Source: Octopus sinensis
Taxonomy: Eukaryota
Assembly (NCBI RefSeq): GCF_006345805.1
Contig: NW_021827602.1
Location: 1 to 10,187, forward strand
Length of the DNA: 10,187 nt
Reading direction: 5' to 3'
How positions within the stretch are numbered: position 1 is the first letter of the stretch; each line of letters begins with the position of its first letter. Below, piece after piece: positions 1 to 8,117 of this stretch. The position numbers and the translations under genes were made by a program. The notes below the pieces were generated by a model. The model searched no databases and was not told the origin of the DNA. It saw only the letters and a program-made list of their open reading frames with translations.

Positions 1-92
1 AAAACCAAAGCATTACACATTCAACACGCAATATAAACAGTAACACAGCAAAAGACAGCACCACACCTCAAGGAAAAAGAACTAACACAGTA

Positions 93-99
93 CAATACC
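93..99. repeat. Candidate target-site duplication CAATACC (partner at 884-890)
   Basis: An exact 7-nt direct repeat brackets the whole SINE array; base 884 is ambiguous with the element's first base. Confidence 0.6.
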
Positions 100-798
100 T
101 GTTTCATTATTGTCCACAAGTGGCTACACACAGAGGGGACAAACAAGGACAGACAAACGGATTAAGTCGATTATATCGACCCCAGTGCATAACTGGTACT
201 TATTTAATCGACCCCGAAAGGATGAAAGGCAGAATCGACCTGGGCGGAATTTGAACTCAGAACGTAGCGGCAGACGAAATACCTATTTCTATTTCTTTAC
301 TACCCAAAGGGAATAAACAAGAGGGGACAAACAAGGACAGACAAACGGATTAAGTCGATTATGTCGACCCCAGTGCGTAACTGTACTTATTTAATCGACC
401 CCGAAAGGAGAAGGCAGAATCGACCTGGCGGAATTGAACTCAGAACGTAGCGGCAGACGAAATAACCTATTTCTTTACTACCCACAAGGGAATAAACACA
501 GAGTGGACAAACAAGGACAGACAAACGGATTAAGTCGATTGTCGACCCCAGTGCGTAACTGGTACTTATTAATCGACCCCGAAAGGATGAAAGGCGAAAT
601 CGACCCGGGCGGATTTGAACTCAGAACGTAGCGGCAGACGAATACCTATTTCTATTCTTTACTACCCACAAGGGAATAAACACAGAGGGGACAAACAAGG
701 AAAGGACAAACGGATTAAGTCGATTATATCGACCCCAGTGCATAACTGGTACTTATTTAATCGACCCCGAAAGGATGAAAGGCAAAATCGACCTGGGC

Positions 799-811
799 GG
801 AATTTGAACTC
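799..811 (-). promoter_or_regulatory. Pol III B-box of SINE A (GAGTTCAAATTCC); repeated in each tandem unit
   Basis: Matches the GTTCRANNC consensus. Confidence 0.7.
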
Positions 812-863
812 AGAACGAAAGCGGGAGACGAAATACGGCTAAGCATTTCGCCCGGCGTGCTAA

Positions 864-874
864 CGATTCTGCCA
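864..874 (-). promoter_or_regulatory. Pol III A-box-like motif of the SINE A head (TGGCAGAATCG)
   Basis: Resembles the TRGCNNARYNG consensus, starts ~10 nt inside the element 5' end, and is paired with the B box at 799-811. Confidence 0.65.
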
Positions 875-1020
875 GCTCGCCGCCAATACCGAGAAGAGTT
901 CGCACACTCCCAACAGCAGAAAAGAACACCCGACGCTGCACACACTCTCAGCAACAAGGAGGCACAGCAGGTGACGAAGTAGTAATTTGCCTCAATCTAC
1001 CAAATGTTGAACAGTTATAT

Positions 1021-1026
1021 AATAAC

Positions 1027-1078
<52 letters not shown>
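1021..1078. repeat. (AAT)n microsatellite
   Basis: Direct reading. Confidence 0.98.
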
Positions 1079-1081
<3 letters not shown>

Positions 1082-1310
1082 TGAGTAAAAATAATGCATA
1101 AATGATACATACATAGATACATATGTACACACGTAGACGTTTATATTGCAACAGAGGAGACTATAATATATTTTCATAAGCACTTGATCCGATAACAATG
1201 CTGAGGTGGCGATAGTCTTTCATTCAGATAGAATATTTGCTTAACGGAAGAACCGGAGATAATGTTTATATATAAATATAGAGGGAGAGGGAGAAGAGAA
1301 AATATCTGAG

Positions 1311-1318
1311 AGATAGAT

Positions 1319-1392
<74 letters not shown>
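1311..1392. repeat. (AGAT)n microsatellite within an AG-rich tract
   Basis: Direct reading. Confidence 0.97.
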
Positions 1393-1393
<1 letters not shown>

Positions 1394-1494
1394 GATATAG
1401 AGAGATTGGAGAGAGAGAGATTGGGAGAGTGACTACTAGACGTATAGATACATTGACAGACAAATGGGTAATTCCGTGCATGTATGCAAGAGAG

Positions 1495-1627
1495 TGTATA
1501 TGTGTTTATGTATGTATATGAGTATAAGTGTATATATATGAATATATACATACATAAATAAATATATATATATATAATATATAACATAAAAGAGATACCC
1601 GAAGAATAGGATATCTAATGATACATC

Positions 1628-1675
<48 letters not shown>

Positions 1676-1708
1676 TATCAGAGGTAGATAGATAGATAGA
1701 ATAGGATA

Positions 1709-1744
<36 letters not shown>

Positions 1745-1790
1745 GAGGGAAGACATATATATATATTAAGAGGGGAGAGAGAGAGAGAGA
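1495..1790. repeat. Cluster of (TA)n, (CT)n, (AG)n and short (AGAT)n simple repeats
   Basis: (CT)n ~1628-1641, (TA)n ~1642-1677 and ~1711-1741, (AG)n ~1776-1790. Confidence 0.9.
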
Positions 1791-1892
1791 GTGAACGAGG
1801 AGGGCAAACAGTCATGTGAACATGTTGGTTATCACGAATAGGTAATCCGAGGTTACGTCTCAATTCTAATTAGTGTTATTTCAACAAAGGAA

Positions 1893-2109
1893 GGCGCCGA
1901 GCAGGCAGAATCATTAGCATGTCAGACGAAGTGCTTCGCAGTATTTTTTTCTGGCTTTACATTCTGAGTTCGAATTCCGCCGATGTCATCTTAGCTTTTC
2001 GTATTTTCGGGGTCGATGAAATAAATACCAGATGAGCGCTGGGGTTGGTGTAATGGAGAAGTCCCTTCCTAAAATTCCAAAATTTATCTCTATAGTATAA
2101 AGGATTATT
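1893..2109 (+). mobile_element. Diverged full-length SINE family A copy with an alternative 3' tail
   Basis: GGCGCCGAGCAGGCAGAATCATTAGC head, GAGTTCGAATTCC B box and TTTCGGGGTCGATGAAATAAATACCAG core. The tail ends ...ctatagtataaaggattatt, unlike the tail of the 100-884 units. Confidence 0.85.
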
Positions 2110-2276
2110 TCACTAAAGGTGCTCAACCAAGAATTGTGGGGCTACGATATAAGTCAATACAGCGAAAGAATATCCGGAAGAGTTAACTCCTGACACACGA
2201 TGTAAACGTAATATCTATGATCCTTACGTCTAAGACATAGAAAGAGAGAGAAATAGATAAGCTGAGCAGATAAATG

Positions 2277-2322
<46 letters not shown>

Positions 2323-2352
2323 GGGATAGAGAGAGAGAGAGAGAGAGAGAGA
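2277..2352. repeat. (AGAT)n-(AG)n compound microsatellite
   Basis: Direct reading. Confidence 0.95.
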
Positions 2353-2609
2353 TACATACATAGATAGATATAAGGAGGCGCAGAGAAAAACTGTATGTCA
2401 AGAACTTCAATGGTAAACATGTTTTCGTATAGCGATGTTGTAACAAGATAATTAATATTCCACGTAGAATTGAGATAACGCCATCACTTTGCCCCTTCAC
2501 GCGTTCGGTACAATATACCAAATACTCCGCCATCCTTTGTTTATATGTACGAGAAATGAAGTATCGGATTTATGCTTGTGGGTGGATGACTGTGTTTTGT
2601 GCGTGAATA

Positions 2610-2812
2610 TGTGGTGAGTGTGTGTGTGTATGCAGTTTGTGTATATGAATGTGTATGTGTGTGTATATATATATATATGTGTGTGTGTATATATATGTGT
2701 ACCCGTAGTTGTCTGTATACCTATAATTCTGTGTATCTGATGTGAGATAATATATATATATATGCATATACATACGCACATACATACATACCCCTTTCAC
2801 TTCTCTCTTTCT

Positions 2813-2874
<62 letters not shown>

Positions 2875-3066
2875 ATACCTATATATACATACGTTCATAT
2901 GTATATATACTTACATATACATAATTATGTATATAAACATGTTTATATTCAGTATATGTAAATGCATATAAGTACATATGTTTATCACACACACACACAT
3001 GGGTGTGTATAATATAAATGTGTACAAACATAAACAAATACATAGGTCTCTGTGTGTGTGTGTGTG
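2610..3066. repeat. Degenerate (TG)n/(TA)n/(AC)n low-complexity tract
   Basis: Includes (TA)n ~2817-2848 and (TG)n ~2848-2874. Confidence 0.9.
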
Positions 3067-3112
3067 AGGTGTGAATGTCTGTATTTATTTATTCATCTTG
3101 TTGATGTTATAG

Positions 3113-3181
3113 TTTACACTGTGGAACATCTTATTCCAGCGGTGATACAATTCACAGCTGATCAAACACATTACCTGAAAG
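3113..3181 (+). CDS. Weak candidate internal exon, 69 bp, phase 1-1 (VYTVEHLIPAVIQFTADQTHYLK); product unknown
   Basis: Acceptor ...ttgttgatgttatag|, donor AAG|GTGAGA, length divisible by 3, and only one plus frame is open. The peptide is not recognised. Confidence 0.3.
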
Positions 3182-3367
3182 GTGAGATATCTTTACAATA
3201 TACACAAAGCACAGACTTGTATATAATATATTTCATATGTATGGACACACATACACACACGTACATACATAATGATGTATATTGCTTGTATTAAAGTTTA
3301 GCAATCAACTGTTACGACGTATCTGTATGGTGCATATATGTATGTTCTGTGTGTCTATATAATTATA

Positions 3368-3469
3368 TATATATATTATATACATACGTATATATATTAT
3401 ATACATACGTATATATATTATATACATACGTATATATATTATATACATACGTATATATATTATATACAT
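3368..3469. repeat. 21-bp minisatellite (TATATATTATATACATACGTA), ~5 copies
   Basis: CG dinucleotides at 3387, 3408, 3429 and 3450 give an exact 21-nt period. Confidence 0.95.
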
Positions 3470-3483
3470 GTATATATACATAT

Positions 3484-3606
3484 ATTTTTACTCATAGTCC
3501 CCAGGGTTCTGACAATTATTGGTACTACTACCACCTTTTTCAGCGACCACAACTGCTTAACTTCCCAAGCTAACCTGTCATATCTATCGACTTTTCTTTC
3601 TTCCAT
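3484..3606 (-). mobile_element. Fragment of an R4/Dong-type non-LTR retrotransposon, C-terminal part of the REL endonuclease
   Basis: Translates MEERKVDRYDRLAWEVKQLWSLKKVVVVPIIVRTLGTMSKN, matching the family pattern E-K-x-x-K-Y-x-x-L-A-x-E-x-x-x-L-W...V-V-P-I-V-I-G-A-L-G-T. Confidence 0.8.
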
Positions 3607-3655
<49 letters not shown>

Positions 3656-3692
3656 AGTGCTGCTGCCATTACTTCTAGTACTAGTACTATCA

Positions 3693-3739
<47 letters not shown>

Positions 3740-3747
3740 GTTATTAT
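3607..3747. repeat. Compound trinucleotide microsatellite (ACT)n-(GCT)n-mixed-(ATC)-(ATT)n
   Basis: Direct reading; it separates two R4/Dong fragments. Confidence 0.97.
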
Positions 3748-4120
3748 ACCTTCGTGAAACCGTGTAGGTAAAAATGCACCGGAGTCTTTAGTCATCTGTC
3801 AAGTCACAACAAGGATCTCTTTCCTTAAGATGTGCGCTGTGCCCAATAAGGCTTGCTTTTTGCAAGAATTCAATCATGCATAAGATTTCCAGTTAACTTA
3901 AGAAGTCTTAACGTTTCAACGCTCCAATCACCACTGGTATCACTTATACATTACCCTCTCGCATTAAATACAGTCTTACCATATCCACTTCCAATTCGGA
4001 GTACTTGGTGATTTTTTCAACCTCTTTACTCACAACATTCATGTCTTTTGGTATGACTACATCAATGATCTGTCTGTATTTGTCTCTCTTATTCAATATG
4101 ACAATATTGGCACCATTTGC
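3748..4120 (-). mobile_element. Decayed 3' end of a second R4/Dong-type element (REL domain plus short 3' UTR)
   Basis: Translates ANGANIVILNKRDKYRQIIDVVIPKDMNVVSKEVEKITKYSELEVDMVRLYLMREGNV*VIPVVIGAL...IEFLQKASL, then a frameshift to GTAHILRK. In-frame stops are present (e.g. 3944-3946). The 3' end runs into (TAA)n. Confidence 0.85.
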
Positions 4121-4160
4121 CAAGTTCTCTACTCATTTACATTTGCCTATCCATTTACAG

Positions 4161-4263
4161 GAAATTGGGGTAATATCGTCAAGAGAATTCTTAGTGATTT
4201 ACTGTGGGAAACACCTCAAGCCACCAAGAGGGACGGGCAATCCACCTTACCAAACAAAACCAA
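4161..4263 (+). other. Ambiguous segment: candidate exon, or C-terminus of the ORF1 of the adjacent L1/Tx1-like LINE
   Basis: Acceptor ...cctatccatttacag|G and donor CAA|GTAAGT are present. The frame GNWGNIVKRILSDLLWETPQATKRDGQSTLPNKTK ends at TAA 4265-4267, 35 nt before the APE ATG. Confidence 0.25.
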
Positions 4264-4302
4264 GTAAGTTTTCCCTTTCTATTCTTTTCTATTTCCGATA
4301 AA

Positions 4303-4685
4303 ATGGTCGTACACAGAATATGCAGCTTGAATGTACGTGACCTGGGGATCATCTTGGAAGCGGGGTGCCCTGCTTAACGACACCAGGGCACTGAATGTCG
4401 ACGTGGTGGCCATTAATGAAACCGTACTTTGCGACTCACGGGGTCTACCAACCCATTTTCGGTGACTACGAAGTGTACGCATCTTCAAGTCGTCCGGAAG
4501 CGGGAAGTGGAGTTGCCGTGATGGTTCGGAAAAATCTGAATCTTGCAATACAGACGATTTTCTTGTATCCGGATGGTAAGTGGGTGGTTCTGGACGTGAC
4601 AGGCAGCGAAGAACATACTTTCAGGCTAGTTATCGTGTATGCCCCGACTGGGGCAAGACGACCAGATTTCTTTAGACGTCTGGTA
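4303..4685 (+). pseudogene. N-terminal half of an AP-endonuclease domain (ORF2 start) of an L1/Tx1-like LINE, frameshifted and truncated
   Basis: ATG at 4303 gives MVVHRICSLNVRDLG; a +1 shift in the G-run 4344-4347 gives SSWKRGALLNDTRALNVDVVAINET; a +1 shift near 4421-4430 gives ...GSGVAVMVRK...DGKWVVLDV...FRLVIVYAP...RPDFFRRL. These are the characteristic APE motifs S-x-N-V-x-G, D-x-x-x-x-x-E-T, G-V-A and V-Y-A-P. Confidence 0.85.
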
Positions 4686-4744
<59 letters not shown>

Positions 4745-4837
4745 CACTACTACTACTACTACTATTATTATTATTATCATCATTACTATTATTTTATTAT
4801 TATTATTATTATTATTATTATCATCATTCATCATCAC

Positions 4838-4927
<90 letters not shown>
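4686..4927. repeat. Compound microsatellite (ACT)~26-(ATT)-(ATC)-(ATT)
   Basis: Direct reading; it lies between the APE fragment and the 3' end of the R4/Dong element. Confidence 0.98.
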
Positions 4928-4928
<1 letters not shown>

Positions 4929-5668
4929 TTATCATCTTTCAATCCTATTTACATTTCTTTCCGAGTGTCTTCCTGATGCCTAGGGCAGTGAAACGCACTG
5001 TGTACATTGGTAGGCCGTGAAAATAAACAAACCGAAATGTCCATTTACAAAGTCATGTGATAGAGAAAATGGGGAAGAAAGACAGAGAGGAAAACCTAAA
5101 AATATAAAATAAAAATGTAAAGAAAGAAAATAAAAGGGGAAAAGGGAGTGAAAACTCACAGCGACAATGCTCCCCTCAATACGTGTGACGTACCAGTTAT
5201 GACAATCTTTTGCACTTCCTGTATGAATGGTAAGCCAGGGATCATTCTTAAATAATTTTCAGTTCCTTTTTCGATTATTCCAAATGTTCCTATAATCACT
5301 GGTATTGTAACCGTCTTGAGATGCCACGTCTTTTCGATTTCGATTAGCAGATCTTTATATTTTCTGAGCTTAAATTCTTTTGCCGAGATATCATGGTCAC
5401 AGGGTATGCTCATGTCAATTAATAAACAGACTTCATTGTTTCGGTCTTTCACAACAATATCTGGTTTATTTGTCTTGGTGGTCCGGTCTGTAGATAATGG
5501 GAAGTCCCAAAGAACAGTTACATTTCCTCCTTCGGTTACATCCTCAAGGTGGCGCTTGTACCATTTGTTTTGTCAGCAGATTTGATTTTATAATGCTGAC
5601 ACTTTATCCAGTGTAGATATTGGCCAACTCTGTCATGTCTTGATTTGTACTCTACAGGTGCTAAAACC

Positions 5669-5670
<2 letters not shown>
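4928..5670 (-). mobile_element. 5'-truncated R4/Dong-type non-LTR retrotransposon flanked on both sides by (TAA)n
   Basis: Coding remnant at 5156-5670, then a ~230 nt pyrimidine-rich (element strand) 3' UTR ending in ...gatgataaaa(taa)n. The 5' truncation abuts the (ATT)n array at 5671-5719. Confidence 0.9.
5156..5670 (-). pseudogene. REL (PD-(D/E)xK-type) endonuclease C-terminus of the R4/Dong element, one frameshift
   Basis: KVLAPVEYKSRHDRVGQYLHWIKCQHYKIKSADK, then a frameshift from a 5-bp TTTGT duplication at 5564-5573, then WYKRHLEDVTEGGNVTVLWDFPLSTDRTTKTNKPDIVVKDRNNEVCLLIDMSIP...KYKDLLIEIEKTWHLKTVTIPVIIGTFG...QKIVITGTSHVLRGALSL*. It contains the RHD, W-D-F and K-P-D (5459-5467)...I-D hallmarks. 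Confidence 0.92.

Positions 5671-5719
<49 letters not shown>
5671..5719. repeat. (ATT)n microsatellite
   Basis: Direct reading. Confidence 0.98.
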
Positions 5720-5720
<1 letters not shown>

Positions 5721-5780
5721 CGACTCTTCAATATTGCGAATAGTTGAGCAATTATAACTGTTTCTTGTTGATGAAATAGT

Positions 5781-5858
<78 letters not shown>
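5781..5858. repeat. (TAG)n microsatellite with an internal (TGG)n block
   Basis: Direct reading. Confidence 0.97.
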
Positions 5859-6189
5859 AGAAAATGAATGAACCAGAAAATGTTCTTGAATTTATGTATT
5901 TTAAGGCCCCTTTTTCCCCGAATATACATTTCATTTAGTTTATTTCCTCTCTTGTACAGCATTTTCGCCTTTCAATTTCTTCTGTTTATTTTTATTATTA
6001 TTATTATCATTTGTTTCTTTCCTGATCGAAATTACAAAAATCCTATTTTTCTCTTTAGTCAGCTCATAGCTTTAAATATCCTTTAAAAAAACAAAAAAAA
6101 AACGTGGAACTTATTTGTGCCATTGCAGCCATTTTGAATTAACTTAGTGCATGGCGAATTAAACAAAACACGCATTTATTTTGTATTTC

Positions 6190-6459
6190 CTCTCTCTCTC
6201 TCTCTCTAAATATATATCTATATATCTGTCTGTCTATCATTCTATCTATCTCTATCTATCCATCTATCTATCTATCTATCTATCTACCTATCTATTTATC
6301 TATCTCTGTCTGTCTAACTATCTATTTATATATCTATCTATATGTCTGTCTATCTAACTATCTAACTATCTATCCATCTATCTATCTATCTATCTATCTA
6401 CCTACCTACCTTTCTACCTACTACCTACCTACCTACCTACCTACCTACCTACCTACTAC

Positions 6460-6510
<51 letters not shown>

Positions 6511-6535
6511 CCTACCTACCTACCTACCTACCTAC

Positions 6536-6595
<60 letters not shown>

Positions 6596-6625
6596 ATATC
6601 TATCAATCTAATCTATCTATCTCCA
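6190..6625. repeat. (CT)n followed by a long compound (CTAT)n/(CTAC)n tetranucleotide array
   Basis: Direct reading. Confidence 0.97.
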
Positions 6626-7140
6626 TGCTTGCCTGTGTTTGCTTTGCCTATATCTCAACACGTTTCATATTACTTTAACCTTCGTATTATATTTCCTATG
6701 AGAAAGTATATTATTTTCGTTCTATTTCGTTAAACCTTAGTAAAAATTTTATTAGATCGGTAGATTAACCATTATTATTTACTGCCGATACGGCGTCCGA
6801 TTCCCATTCCCGCAAGCACTGTTATATTTTTCTCCATCATCTATATTATATGTATACGCGTGCTTCCACTCTCGGTTAATGGCTTTTTGTTTTGGTTTTT
6901 TGTTAAATTACTGTTTATCGGTTAAAAATACAGAACAGTTTCTGAAAAAATAATAACGCACTTGATAAAGGCCAAATCGACCTTCCAAATATCATCGCAT
7001 CAAAATAGAAAACTATTGCGAATCCTCTAGCGTTTTTTCATTGTGTTTACTTTTTATTCGTCTATTACTATATCCTCATTGTGATCTTTGAACCATTTAC
7101 GAAAAATTTTTTTAATTTTTGGCAAAAGGTCAACTATTTC

Positions 7141-7260
7141 GGGAAGGGATGTGTCGATAACATCGAATCGTGTGTTCAGCTGGTACTTATTATTTTATCG
7201 ACCCTGAAAGGATAATTGGCAGAGTCCACGTCGGCGGAATTTGAACTCAGAACGCAAAGT
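7141..7260 (-). mobile_element. Partial, diverged SINE family A copy (B box and core, no A-box head)
   Basis: ctggtacttatt...tatcgaccctgaaaggat...ggcggaatttgaactcagaacg aligns with the 100-884 units. Confidence 0.85.
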
Positions 7261-7343
7261 CAGTCGACAGTGTTAAACCGGAGATTGTGATGTATCTACC
7301 ACTAAGTGATTTTGGGCCCTCAACACCATATACACATTTTAGT

Positions 7344-7741
7344 CATTTACTTCTTTCAGTCATTTGACTGTGGCCACGTTGGAGCACCGCCTTTAGTCGA
7401 GTAAATCGACCCCAGGACTTATTCTTTGTAAGCCTAGTACTTATTTTTTATCGGTCTCTTTTGCCGAACCGCTAAGTTACGGGGACGTAAACACACTAGC
7501 ATCGGTTGTCAAGCGATGTTGGGAGGACAAACGCAGACACACAAACATACATATACATATATATATATACATATATACGACGGGCTTCTTTTCAGTTTCC
7601 ACCTACCAAATCAACTCACAAGGCTTTGGTCGGCCCGAGCCTATAGTAGAAGACACTTGACCAAGGTGCCACGCAGTGGGACTGAACCCGGAACCATGTG
7701 GTTGGTTAGCAAGCTACTTACCACACAGCCACTCCTGCGCC
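7344..7741 (-). mobile_element. tRNA-headed SINE family B, near full length
   Basis: Minus-strand head GGCGCAGGAGTGGCTGTGTGGTAAG with an A-box-like motif (7721-7731) and a B-box-like GGTTCAGTCCC (7678-7688), an internal (AC)/(AT) block, and a tail AAGGCGGTGCTCCAACGTGGCCACAGTCAAATGACTGAAA. A second copy is at 9281-9694. Confidence 0.9.
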
Positions 7742-8117
7742 TATGACAGAATTCATTATAACATGGTGTCTGAAAAGCCGACAGGGAAGGAATTTATAAG
7801 TAGATGCACAGTCAAAATCATTTACTTACAGAAAGATAAGCTGAGAATGTTTAGTTAAAGAATATATTTGTTATTAGTTTGTTTGTAGTCATTGTATATT
7901 TATAGAAATAGAAAGCAATTCAGTTTTAGCAAAAGCAGACCAAGACGTAATTATAGTCTTCATAATATTATTCATCTCCAAAACGATCCGCTCCGTTTTC
8001 CCGTTTTTCTATAAATATATTCTGGCTACAAACAAACATTTTCTAAACTGAAGATTTTCAACTTATCTGATTTTCGTAACAACAAAAACATAACAGTCTT
8101 GTGAGTTTAAAATGCAA

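Larger units (their letters stand above)
100..884 (-). mobile_element. tRNA-headed SINE (family A), one head followed by four tandem copies of the ~180-190 bp body and tail
   Basis: The minus strand begins GGCGGCGAGCTGGCAGAATCG at 884. The body repeats with junction motif aatacc(t) at 94, 278, ~461 (aataacct), 641 and ~832 (aatacg). The same sequence recurs at 1893-2109, 7141-7260 and 8498-8913. Confidence 0.9.

Noticed and set aside
100-884. CRISPR-like array or protein-coding tandem repeat (ORFs 110-316, 434-631, 615-842)
   Set aside because: The units are ~185 bp near-identical bodies with no unique spacers, they match dispersed SINE copies elsewhere in the window, and reading frames shift between units.
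2114-2200. Possible exon VLNQELWGYDISQYSERISGRV after ...cactaaag|
   Set aside because: No convincing donor, the acceptor overlaps a SINE tail, and the peptide is not recognised.
2433-2595. Frame NKIINIPRRIEITPSLCPFTRSVQY faintly resembling the Helitron/PIF1 helicase IPRI...PF...QFP motif
   Set aside because: The following AMTINKSQG motif is absent and similarity is limited to a few residues; likely chance.
948-3757. Many ORFs with poly-L/Y/I/S/T or YLSI/IY repeats
   Set aside because: They are translations of microsatellites that lack stops in some frames.
6780-6825. GC-richer island (minus frame VLAGMGIGRRIG)
   Set aside because: Too short, poor acceptor, and no supporting structure.
7670-7741. 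tRNA gene calls at the SINE heads (also 799-884)
   Set aside because: A and B boxes are present but no complete cloverleaf or acceptor stem is evident, and each is followed by SINE body sequence.
7516-7746. ORF 7516-7746 and similar ORF 9343-9756 (SRRHLxKVPxSGTEPGT)
   Set aside because: These are antisense translations of SINE family B, a common source of spurious predicted proteins.
8048-8080. Second hammerhead core CTGAAGA
   Set aside because: No stem II or downstream GAAA at a suitable distance.
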